Assembly (NCBI GenBank): GCA_030141605.1 | Contig: JAQGDQ010001608.1 | Location: 1-32,655 of the forward strand | Origin: Tubiluchus corallicola | Taxonomy: Eukaryota > Animalia > Priapulida | Direction: 5' to 3' | DNA: 32,655 bases | Part shown: positions 1 through 11,090 of the stretch, in pieces | How positions within the stretch are numbered: the first letter of the stretch is position 1 | Layout: each line of letters starts with the position of its first letter | The notes under the pieces: generated by a model | Databases searched by the model: none | The model's input: the letters and a program-made list of their open reading frames with translations, nothing else | What the model was told of the DNA's origin: nothing | Made by a program: the position numbers and the translations under genes

Positions 1-525
1 TTGTTTCAATCACATTATGACCCAAATCTATGAATTTCTCTCTGTTCCTCCATGACATTTAAATCCAAGACGTGTCCGACAGTGGCGACAATCATCAAGT
101 GTGTTGAAATTAAAAATATCCAAAAATACTGATTTAAAAATATCCAAAAACACTGTTGTGTGCATGAAAAGTAGTAACTACAAATGCACGTGATCTTCTT
201 TTCATTCAAGATTGCATTTGCTAAAGCAGTAACCTAATATTTATTCTGGTAAAAATGTATCTTATTTATTATCGTGAAACATACTAAAACAATAGACTAT
301 TAGCAAATTTCTACACTGATTTATCACTTCATCCAAACTGCACCATGTATTTGCTGATGGGTGTTTTCTTTGTTAACAGATGGCGCAACGATACAACTTT
401 GCTCTAACTTTTGAGAATGACGAAAGTGTCAGTCGTACATTAAAGTAGATACAGTAATGTAATTATAATTTAGATAGCTGCTGTAGCTACAGAACATGCA
501 TGGGTGTATACCGTGTATTTTTATT

Positions 526-722
526 TCATCTCTCTCTCGCACTCTCTCTCTCTGTCTGTCTGTCTTTTGTGCTCAATCCAATTCTCTCTCTTTCTTCCTC
601 TCTCTCTGTTCTCTTTCTCTCCCTCCTTCCCTCTTCCCTCACCCTCTCTGCTTCCCTCCCCTCTCTCTCCCTCTTCTTTCTCTCTCTCCCTCATCCCTTT
701 CTCTCTCTCGCTCTCTTTCTCT
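526..722. repeat. Imperfect (CT)n / polypyrimidine microsatellite
   Basis: Run of ctctct/ccctct; the Ser/Leu-rich ORFs at 496-897 are its by-product. Confidence 0.9.
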
Positions 723-1544
723 GAGTTCAGGGCATTTAAAGTTACAAATTAATTTCTTGTACGCACAGTTAGAACCGATTAATTACAACCAGAGAATAAT
801 TTTCATAGTTGCTTGTAATGTTTTGTCTGATTGTATAGAAATTTTTCACGCTCGTGGATCATGGCCAAATTGTTCATTGCGTCTTTTTGCAAATTAAATT
901 ACTGGAGACTACGATCATCTGTCAATTAATTGTCGAAGGTTAAACATGAAATCTTTACCTGACAACAATTGATATCAGAATGGGTGCTAAGAGGCTTTTG
1001 GCATAGTTTAGGCTAAACTAACTCCTGTCTTTACTACTTTTCAAGGCAGGTTAACTATAAAACTAGCAAAGGCCCCGCAAATATTTTTGCGCATAATTCC
1101 ACTTATAATCAACAATGGGCGAACGTTCTACCTAGTGTTCGTTTATTTACCCAACGCAAAGCCAGCAACAGGCTTTACTGAATTAAAGTTACAAAGTTAT
1201 AGGCAGAGTATAATGGATGACGTCACAACGATTGCTTTGCGTCAGCAGTTTTGCAAGCGAAAATTGCCAAAAATAGAACATCTAATTAATTCGTCGAGCT
1301 CCTCTCAGTGGACCTGCCCGAAAATATAACCAATATCATCGTGTAGCCCTGTTGTTCCTCTTTCTAAAGAGCTATATATCTCATTCCGAGAATCCCACAT
1401 AACAAAAATAATACATGCTAAAATGAAGCACATATAAATATTAAAAGTAGGAAATGCTATTAGTGGCAAGTTAGGAACAAACACAACATATTGTAATACA
1501 TCGATAGTAAGATTATGAACAGTAACAAAATTTAAATACAAAAT

Positions 1545-1880
1545 AAGGCGTCCTAAAAGAGAACAGCCCAAAATGGAATTTCTAAACTCAGTTCCTCTTG
1601 GTAGAGGCATCTCGGGGGGAGTAAACCCCTACCGGGCGCATCCCCCGGGTGGCAGATGGGGGACCCCTGGCTCACGAGCCAGGGTGCTCAGAATATTCAA
1701 ATAAGGAGCTGTGGACCAAATCCTTCAGGATAGACCTAGCAAGTCACTGAAGTACTTTTTGCTCAAGTAACTCATGGCGAACACAAATGGAGAGACGTTA
1801 TCAAGTGTTCGCCGGCTGACAGATGAAAATCTACCAGGAGGATGGTGAGAAAGGTGAGAAAGAGGCATCATAAAACCTTC
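1545..1880 (+). mobile_element. Possible remnant of a non-LTR (RTE-like) retrotransposon 5' UTR
   Basis: GC-rich island in AT-rich DNA containing gggcgcatcccccgggtggcagatggggg, which resembles RTE 5'-UTR motifs as I recall them. No ORF follows; boundaries approximate. Confidence 0.3.
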
Positions 1881-2470
1881 ATCACTTTGCAGCTCTATTC
1901 CCCCTCTTCCCAAAAAGCAATCTCCTTCAGGGACTCGTGGCGTGGCTCTTGCACTTCGGAATTTCGCGTAAATTGGCGATGTGGCATCAAAAATCCGCAA
2001 TCCGCAAAACAGGTGCGAATCCGCATCATTGATTCTGTTTTCTATACTTACATGTACATTTTTAAGAAGCCACATTTTCATGATTTTGCCACTGCAAGGT
2101 ATTTATTATGCTTCAAACAGTCATTTTCTTCGAAAAAAATATTCTGTATGATTGCATGTTCTAAATGGACTGTAAACATGTCGTTTTAATTATTTACAAA
2201 TAAACAATATGAATAAATGAAATTAACGTCATTTTTTGTAGTTTTTACTAGAAATTTATTTGCCGTTTTTCTAACTTAGAATTTAATATGTTCCAAACAC
2301 TGTTTTACTAAAAGAATATTTTACTAAAATATATAAACAAACTTATATTTTGCAGTTAAGTTATTAGTATTACTGCTGCAACAGAAATTATGATGAGTAA
2401 TTTTTGTTCTTGGCTGGTATTTTAATATAAGTATCTGTACGGTGTTGTTACAAGGAATAATAAACAAATT

Positions 2471-2697
2471 TTATGTGAATTTTCGTATTACAACTATTAA
2501 AGTCAAGATAATGGAGCATGAAATAACTGAGGCTGCTGAGGCTGGTCCGGCTCTGGGCTGGCGTGTCGGACATCCAAATTCATAGAGTTGGATTTCTTTA
2601 ATATCATGCCTTCGCCAAGGTCTTACGCAATCCATCTTCAAATTCCACTTCTCTCTCTTTGTCCAGGCCATTTTACAATCACAATCAAAATTGTTTG
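2471..2697 (-). CDS. LRR gene copy A, exon 2 (LRRCT cap + GPI-type hydrophobic tail)
   Basis: Acceptor tttttgcatag|ca. Phase-1 join gives RLY-A-NNFDCDCKMAWTKREKW..MDCVRP..FGC..AGPASAASVISCSIILTLIVVIRKFT*, homologous to exon 2 of B/C/D. Confidence 0.85.
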
Positions 2698-2984
2698 CTA
2701 TGCAAAAAACGAGAATTGTTAATGTATCGTGTTAAAAGCTACATCGGTTGTTTAAGCAGCTGTCAAAGCAGGCTTACACATCTGCTGTTTAGAATGTTGA
2801 CGTCAATGTGACCCGGAACCCTTTGCTAACCTAAGTGAGGCGGTAACCTCCTAAGTAATATTGTAGGGCAGGAGTACACCACTAGCTGAAGTAGTACACT
2901 TACCCTAAAGTGCATACGCTAAATTTACTGAAAAGCAGTGTCGTATAAGGGTAACCGAAGTAGGGCACTGACGATTTCTCTCAC

Positions 2985-3400
2985 AAGTTTAAAAATGAAA
3001 CAGATACTGAGAGTGAAACAGATGTCTTCACAACACAAAAATGTTAAGTTTTTACATTAAAATTTCAAGAAAGGCAAAGACAATTAATTTCAATAATCCA
3101 AACAGTAACAGACATCTTGTATCTCGTGTACCACATGGCAGTAGTCGCTAGTCCCTTTACTTAGGAAAAAAACAATTATTATGACGAAGAAGTAGTGAAA
3201 TGTTTCATCATGTAATAACATCATCAATTATTATTTTTAAATAAACAAGGGCAATGGACGCTGCTACTATGAGTCATTTCGTGACCGGTCTCCAGTGTCT
3301 TATGTGGGCAGCCCATGTACGACCCACCCTATCTGGCCCAGCCCATGTACGACGCATTCTATTTGGGCCAGCCTATGTACTGCAATTGTCCCACTTTGGT
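2985..3400 (-). mobile_element. Diverged, inverted relative of the 5047-5968 element inside the copy A intron
   Basis: Blocks at ~3020-3090, ~3145-3180 and ~3240-3325 match the reverse complement of ~5530-5600, ~5420-5460 and ~5105-5185; shared gcccatgta motif. Boundaries approximate. Confidence 0.5.
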
Positions 3401-3808
3401 CACTACTTTACCCGAAACAAAAAATAAATAAATGCAACCTCGTTCTTATTTCAATTGTTTTTTACGGCTCAAACCCAAGGAGGAGCTGAACTGCAATTGA
3501 AAAACCGAACGATTTCCAGTATCTTTCATCCCCTCTGATCGAGGTCATTGTTCACTACACCACGCCCTACCACAGGTATCTACCCTGTAAGTTTCATGAC
3601 TCTCTGTCTTTGCAACTTAACATGAATTAAAAATAGTAACCTGGATGACTAATATAATGAAACGATTTATGCAATAAGAACGAAAAAAGTCAGCACCAGT
3701 GTGGAGTTCCCTGAGATCTGTGACATGACTGTTCGCAGATAAAAATAAACATTTCCTTCAAATATTTTGCAGGTAAATGCAGGTGGATTTGAAAAAATGA
3801 CCTAGTAC

Positions 3809-4429
3809 CGTATAAGCGCACGCGTACGTCACTTGGAGTAACGTTTTTATGCAGTTGTGGCCTTGGCAATGTCCTCAACCCGTCACAGTCTTGGATATGA
3901 ATGTAGTTCATTTTCGGATTTGTCACCAAATTCAGCTCCAGATTAACCAGTTTTTTACAACGAAACATAGAAAAGTGCGTTAAGTCCTTCATGCAGAAAA
4001 AAAACCTGTTTCAATATTACGCAAATTGTGCAGCTCTGTTAATCGCAACTTAATGATTTTTCCAGCGATGTCACCTTCCCGCAAAATTTCCATGTTACAT
4101 TTAATGAAATCCAGGAACTTGATGGTCTTTCCTTCTAGAGTATTTTTAGGTAAAGTCTTTTCATAAAGCTGATAAATATATAATCTGTCGATTTCATGAT
4201 CACCAGGAATAGCATTCTCTATGTCCCGAAGACGACTTGCGTTAATTTTCATTTTTTCTCCACAATATATATAACAAGGATCAGTATGTTTGACGTCACA
4301 TTCAGGCACACTTGATGAGAGCCTACATCCAGATTTGGCTGCAGTGGAATTTTCGGAAAATTCCCCCCAAACTATCTGGAAGAAAAATGCTGCTGCTAGA
4401 TGCAAGAGCCATTTTCTAAAGAACGTCAT
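3809..4429 (-). CDS. LRR gene copy A, exon 1 (signal peptide, Cys-rich N-cap, LRRs); 1-nt frameshift near 3992-4004
   Basis: ORFs 3989-4429 and 3690-3992 together align with C/D exon 1 (MTFFRKWLLHLAAAFFFQIVWG|EFSE..VPEC..KINASRL..GKTIK). Donor TACG|gtacta at 3808. Length 621 nt is one short of 3n+1. Confidence 0.8.
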
Positions 4430-5046
4430 CGGGAATGAAATTTAAGTTAAGTTGTTCACCAGAAGGCTGGTTCAAATTGGAAAACACACTTAACGGGTCA
4501 TTTTTGACTAAAGTTAAGTTCTAAAAAAATCAGCAAAAGGTGAAATCTCGCCTGGCGACACAATGGTATGACGACAGCAAATCGGTACACAGCATTGCGC
4601 ACTTTACTTATTAAAAGCCCGCTAGATGGCAGGAAGAATGCAGTGATTTCGCGTCTAGCAACAATCTAAGCAACGCCGTGTTCTTGCAACAGCTGTTTTT
4701 GTGTTTTTTCGTTATCAAAATAACGTTTATACCTCGAAATTAAGAGGCACGGGTAATTAATCTTAATAGAAATTACTCTTATGTGCTGAAAATAAGTAGT
4801 AAGAAAGGTAGGCGGTGATGCCCAGTAAACAAATTTTAAAATTATTTGATTTTAATAGTGCTTGAGTACTTAAGCCTTAGGTATTGTTGGACAAGGTACT
4901 TAGGTAGCGTATGTTAACTGCCATAGAAAAATGGGCTATATTTAACCTATCTGTAGAATAACATAAGTAACTAGGTAAAACTGATTTTGATATTAAGTTT
5001 TGCCATCAAGGTAAGCTCTGGGGTTTTTGGAGTACAATGTCTGATG

Positions 5047-5968
5047 CTGTTGGGAGCCGTTTGGACCACTGCGCCAAGTAGACCAATTGCAATTGGTCTA
5101 CTTGGGCTGCCCAAGTAGGACACTAGAGACAGGTCGTGAATTCAGTCGTTAAGTGTACTGACACCGTCCGTTGTGCTTGTTTATGTAATAATAATAATTA
5201 AAAACGTTAATACACGTTGAATAATTTATTATACATCTAATAAAATAAAAGAATTTTATTCTGAGCTGGTAGAACGGACAATATTAAATTTGGTTTCGAT
5301 ATTAATGTTGTTGAAGTGAAAAAACCCCACTTTTTTGCGAATTCAACATTTGTTTAAGGTATATCATTTTTGATTTTGTCTCACTTCACAAACAGGTGAT
5401 CCGTTTCACTACCTCTTGGGCAAATAATTGTTTTCTTATAAGTAAACGTTCTAGCGATCTATGTGTCCTACATGGCCTAGCGAGCCATGTAGGACAGTGC
5501 CCTACATGTTACAATACTACTGATAATATTAAAACTAATTATCCTTGCTTTTCTTAAACGTTAAAAATTACTTTTTGGTGTTGTGAAGGCTTAGCAGCAT
5601 CTGTCTCATTTTTAAATTTGCAATTATTTCTGTAATAACTGTGTGCAGAATTTCTCTCTTTAAAGCATTAGATACTAGGTTTAATGTTATGATATATTAA
5701 TGGAGTTAATCATAATGATGAAATTATTGTAAGAAATGCATTTGTAAATTGCCAAGGAATATCCATTTCTAAAAGAAATTTTGTTTTATGCTTTATTATG
5801 CCATAACCATACTTATAAACAATGGTAATATAAACTGGAAACAAGTTTTGCCAGAGCAAGTTTCTCGACAAAAATCGCTAGTGTCCTACTTGGGCTGCCC
5901 ATGTAGGACACTACTTTTAGCGCATCAAGTGGTCTACTTGGCGCAGTGGTCCAAACGGCTCCCAACAG
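5047..5968. mobile_element. Non-autonomous DNA transposon (MITE-like) with 39-bp perfect TIRs
   Basis: ctgttgggagccgtttggaccactgcgccaagtagacca at 5047-5085 and its exact reverse complement at 5930-5968; ATG on both sides (possible 3-bp TSD); AT-rich non-coding interior. Confidence 0.85.
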
Positions 5969-6587
5969 ATGCAAATGTTTTTATACCTGCAGGTTGCATT
6001 GCTAAAAACATAAACCTGGCTTAATTGTACTCTAGATTTTTAACAAAAGAACAAAATTTTTGTCTGAGCAATATATTTGTATATGTACATACATATGCAA
6101 TAGAATTTATATTAATAAATAATAAATAAAATAATTCATACAAATTTCTCGTTGCATTCCTTAGTTACAGAAAAACATTGAACATCTGATTGAATCTTCG
6201 ATGTTTGTTAGATTTTAATCACTTGATCCTGTTAAATTTTATTTAAAAAGTTTGACATCGTTAAATCTAATTTTCTCTTGGAGAACGTATGCTTTTTTCC
6301 CTAGATATAAACCCGCTGAAATCTTATCACTAGCTTGATAATCTTTTTCCCATCGGTACATGGAGTACATATGACACGCCGTAAATTAATCGAATACTTT
6401 CAATTAAGTTTTGCCAGCTGCAACAAACGGTGTTTAATCGAAAGCTGAGTGACACGTGTGGCTTCCTGGCATCCGTTGAAATCAATCAGATGTAGTATTA
6501 CTCAACACACGACAGCTTTGATAGGGTTAGTAAACAGATATTAGAATATTTAGCCTGTGCTGTTTATTCACATTTATGTAAATGAGA

Positions 6588-6622
6588 GACACGTGACGTC
6601 ACGAGTCGGTGCGTCACGTGTC
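6588..6622. promoter_or_regulatory. Palindromic E-box/CRE motif cluster
   Basis: 11-bp inverted repeat gacacgtgacg...cgtcacgtgtc containing CACGTG twice and TGACGTCA. Function not shown. Confidence 0.25.
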
Positions 6623-6816
6623 ATTAATGGAATGCAACCCGACGGTAGCGAAATTTATGTCTGCTCTTATAACACGCATCTGCTCTGTTAAGCAATCATC
6701 ACAACAAGTTAAGGATACAAAATCAGTGATAGAGCTACAGCATTTATATCGCATTTCACGACTAACAATGTCTAAATCCACTTAAAAAGTCTTTTGCACT
6801 TCCATCGGGGTATCCG

Positions 6817-7480
6817 GAATTTTAATAAAAACTATCTCTGTCGGATTCCGCTTTCGAACTATATTTCAACAGCATTAAGTTCGTTAAAACTCAATCAAAG
6901 TGACCAAAAATAAAGTTGATTTTTTGCTCGTCTGATTTCACAGGATTTACCAGGAGGGCAAATTTACCTATAATGGTTGCTATAGCAACCGAAACAGCCG
7001 AGGCTCTATGACGTTCACCCTACGCGACATTCAATTACTTTTCATGCGACATTCAAGCAGAAAACTATCTGTTTTTTCTGGAGATATCTATCAGGAGAAA
7101 AAAAATCACAATGATACAGAGAAGAATAAATATTGTTCCTCCAGATGCGTACACACCACCAAAATATAAATACGCAAGATTTCAAAATGGAGTAAATAAG
7201 AACGAAGTAAGATAAATTTTAATATCTTTAATGTGTCTGCAGTTACCTGAAAAATTTCAGCTCATGCAGTGTTAGCTAAAATTTATCATGCATGAATAAA
7301 CCATTTTTCAGGTTAGTAATGAGAAAAAATTATCGCTATCATATGGCTATTACGTCTATTGTAGACATACTGTAGAAAAAAGCCTGCCCTCATGATAGGT
7401 AAACACAGTAGAAATCCAGCAGAAATCTAGATACTGTTATGTCAGCGGCAGAAAGGACAAGAAAAGAGAGTTCATAAATA
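6817..7480. repeat. Duplicated segment, homologous to 18946-19622
   Basis: Same-orientation similarity from gaattttaataaaaactatc to gagagttcataaata; the last ~165 bp are nearly identical. Confidence 0.8.
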
Positions 7481-8498
7481 AATGTTTGAATTCGTCTTGA
7501 AATTTTGTATCCGTTACATGCTGTTTTACATTCAAAACGTGTAAACGTAAATGAAACACGTTCATTTACACGTTCGAAAACGTTCAATTAACGTTCTAAA
7601 AAGTAAACAGAGCAGTCGTAGGGCACATTTCCTCAACTAAGCATATCCATAAAATAGTTTGTGTTATCAGCAAAATTAATAATATGTTTTTGGTGAGCCA
7701 GTTGTAGTACACAGTTTCACTATTCCACCAGGATAGTGAAACAGTGACGCTTCACCAGTTGGCGCGAACATTTTAAATTACTAATTTTCTTTTTCAGTTA
7801 CATTTTGTCTTTTTAACAGGTGAACATAATGCGAACTACTATAACTCTGAATGGAAACTTTTTCGGACGTACTTTAAATTTACCTTTTCTCCCCTTTTAA
7901 TTATTCAGTGGTCTTTTCGTGTTAGAAAGTCAGTGTAAAGCCCGTTGTCTAACTGGATTACTGATTTTAAACATTTTTTTCACGTTTTGTGATGCGTGTT
8001 GTGTAAGCGCTGCTAACTTTTATTTTACTATATTTGTGAGTTTTTTATTGTTTTATATTATTTAATGTCACGACACTATACTTTGGTATTCCACCTTGTA
8101 AAATTTAAAAAGTCCTTGACCACCTAATAAATAAATATATATAAGTAAATACATAATTAAATATATAAATAATTTATGTTAATGCGAGCTCTCGGAGTTC
8201 TTATTGGTCCTCTGTGCCTGGCAGGTTTCTATGACGTAATGTCGCATAACTACGTCATTATTTAGGTTAAAAGCGAAGCAGCTGATGAAGTGTTTTCTCT
8301 ACAAATCTTGAAAATGATGTTGAGAATTACGCATAGAGACACCTGCAGTGTATATACAACCCGCTACAAGTACCCGATAATAAAACCAGTCCGCATTTCT
8401 CACTGAAGGAAATTACAGATGCCTTTATTTCTGCCGAAAATATTTATTACATTTCACACCTGATAGGATTCAAACTCAATGTTCACACTATTTTGCAG

Positions 8499-8625
8499 TA
8501 TGACAATCGCAGGCCTACTGGGCTTTTGCCCACATTTCCAGTAAGGGAGCAACCAAGGGAAGTAGTCCTGCCACCACTATACGGAAGGAAGAACGTTTTA
8601 CACCTGTAATCAGGTCGTTGAAAAA
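8499..8625 (+). pseudogene. Decayed internal exon of an unknown plus-strand gene or transposon gene (copy 1)
   Basis: ttttgcag| ... |gtaagt; YDNRRPTGLLPTFPVREQPREVVLPPLYG. Differences from the copy at 13789 include 6 synonymous codon changes. 127 nt, i.e. +1 relative to the 126-nt inferred ancestor. Confidence 0.45.
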
Positions 8626-8912
8626 GTAAGTATGCTTACTAGCCATAATTAACTAACTATCGTTTTGCAAATGTTCGCAGTTAATAATCTGTTTTGCATT
8701 AGAATTAAAGTACAATTTGTATTTTAGTGTTAAGCATGTTAGACTCATATTGCTGAAGCTTAGCAAATATACCAGTTTGTAATGTGCGGCCCCAAATACT
8801 TGTTTGTTCCCCATGTGCATTACAGCGAGCAGAAACGGAAGAAATGTACATAATTAATCATATAAACCGCATAAAAGCAATACTAGATTAGAAAATCTGA
8901 AAAAGTCTTTTA

Positions 8913-9055
8913 CACCTTCATCAGGCTATTCGGGCAATTCTTATAACCACAACACCTCAGAGGTTGCACCATTATTCAGCATTATTTTGCACCTCCACCG
9001 GGCTATCCGGGCAATTCTTATAACCACTACACCTCTGAGGTTGCACCATTATTCT
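8913..9055. repeat. 77-bp tandem repeat, ~2 copies
   Basis: Same unit as 14285-14890. Confidence 0.8.
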
Positions 9056-9321
9056 GCCGTGCAAAAATAGAGTAGAGTAGTAACTATAAAATACCTTTTA
9101 AAGTCAAAGTGCCACGGAAAAGACTAATTTCAACTGAAGTTGGCTGGTTTACTCTGGTGATTAGAACGGACAAACAAAAATGCAACAGGAATTCTATGTT
9201 GTAACATTTAAACGACTTTATTTATGTCCATCGTGCCAACTTAGCAAAGAAACAAGACCTCAGTGCTGGCCTTGGCAGAGCTACCAAGTCACATGTACCT
9301 TGCTGAGCCTCCCTGACTGCT

Positions 9322-9404
9322 TTATCTTACTAGTAGGGAAGGTAAGCACATGTGGGAAGCCCAGCAGGTACAGGTGACAGAGTAGCAAAGACCTCGGCAA
9401 CAAC
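9322..9404 (-). other. Candidate Cys-rich terminal exon (copy B)
   Basis: Acceptor tttttatccag|; phase-1 reading (G)CCRGLCYSVTCTCWASHMCLPSLLVR*; AATAAA on the minus strand at 9217-9222. Confidence 0.4.
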
Positions 9405-10227
9405 CTGGATAAAAAACTGTGTCAAGAGATAATTATGAACAAATTTAAATACAGATGGCAGCACGTGCACAATTATCTTGTAGTTTGTAAGTTTTTAGTA
9501 TACGGATCACGAGTGAAAATGAATGACAAAGGATATAGACTAATTGCGAAGTCATATTAGTATTAGAACTAATGTTTATCTGCATTAAAAATAAGAAAAG
9601 AAACTTTATATGTATTCAAGTTATATTAGTATGAGAACCATTACAGTCACGATTACTGAGCATGCAAAAGCTGAGGCGGGACCAGCACGTGGTGCTGCAG
9701 CTGGTAGTTCACAGCCGAACTCAGGAATGGTGATTTCATTTTTGCCGTGCTTTCGTGGTGGCACAAGACAATCAATTTTAGACGTTGCCCATTTCTCCTT
9801 CTTTGTCCAGACCATGTCACAGTCACATATCAACTTATTTGCTGTAAAATTAACATTGAATTAGTTCATATTAATAGCTATTTCACGTGATCATACGGAG
9901 TGGTACAAACTTTTGCTAAGGGGGGGCGGGGAGGGTACAAAAGCAATGAATAAAATTTTGACATCAAAGTATTGCTGAAAGAATTGCGAATCTAAAATAC
10001 GTGTGGAAGCTTCACTCGTGTGACATATAATTTGAGCAGTTCTCACCGAACTTAAAATCCTCCTTGCAGACGCCTCACAAAACTTGAATACTGATCAAGT
10101 CACGGTCCTTGATTTCAGGATAGATCCTGCATGCTTTGCAGTTTGAGGTTTGATGAAAATCCACACCATTCAGGTCAATAGAAAAAAATAATTCCAAAGA
10201 TTTTAGGTCACCGCGCTAATGATATCC

Positions 10228-10617
10228 GCTCTAAAGAAGACCGAAGAAAAGAAAATGGATGTGTTGGAGATGAGGATGTTGAGATGGATGGTGGGAATAA
10301 CCAGAAGAGATAAAATTAGAAACAATGAAAGTGAAAGTAGTGGAAGACTCGAAAAAGATACAAGAGGCAAGATTGCGATGGTATGGACACCTGAAAAGAA
10401 GAGTCGGTGAAGATCATGTGGGAAGGGAGGTCATGGAAATGGAAGTGCTGGGAAATAGAAGAAGAGGACGACCCAAGCTGAGATGGTTTGAATGTATTAA
10501 TGAAGACCTTAGAGAGAAGGACATAAATGAAGAGATGGTCAACAACAGGAATGCGCGGAGAAGACTCCTTCACAACGGCGACCCCGCATAGGGAAAAGCT
10601 GGGAAGAAGAAGAAGCT
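10228..10617 (+). mobile_element. 5'-truncated RTE-clade LINE fragment in the copy B intron
   Basis: RTE ORF C-terminus [40 protein letters not shown] (frameshifted); (GAA)n tail; direct repeat ctaatgatatcc at 10216-10227 and 10618-10629. Confidence 0.9.
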
Positions 10618-10659
10618 CTAATGATATCCTTCCAGATCGCACTCTGAGATCACGACATC

Positions 10660-11090
10660 GTAAAACTTTCATGTAATAGATCATGTGATACTTTCACGTA
10701 ATAGATCATGTAATACTTTCACGTAATAGATCATGTAATGCTTTCACGTAATAGATCATGTAATACTTTCATGTAATAGATCATGTAATGCTTTCATGTA
10801 ATAGATCATGTAATATTTTCACGTAATAGATCATGTAATGCTTTCACGTAATAATCATGTAATAGATCATGTAATACTTTCACGTAATAGATCATGTAAT
10901 ACTTTCACGTAATAGATCATGTAATACTTTCATGTAATAGATCATGTAATACTTTCATGTAATAGATCATGTAATGCTTTCACATAATAATCATGTAATA
11001 CTTTCATGTAATAGATCATGTAATACTTTCATGTAATAGATCATGTAATACTTTCATGTAATAGATCATTCAATACTTTCATGTAATAGA
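10660..11090. repeat. 25-bp minisatellite (catgtaatactttcaYgtaatagat), ~17 copies
   Basis: Direct tandem repeats built from 13+12-bp catgtaata subunits. Confidence 0.9.

Noticed and set aside
496-897. Ser/Leu-rich ORFs
   Set aside because: (CT)n artefact, open in all three frames.
9610-9864. Recurrent plus-strand 84-aa ORF (also 15446, 19816) and ORFs 17118, 20412, 16056, 10316
   Set aside because: Antisense shadows of LRR exons or the RTE fragment; they recur only because of duplication.
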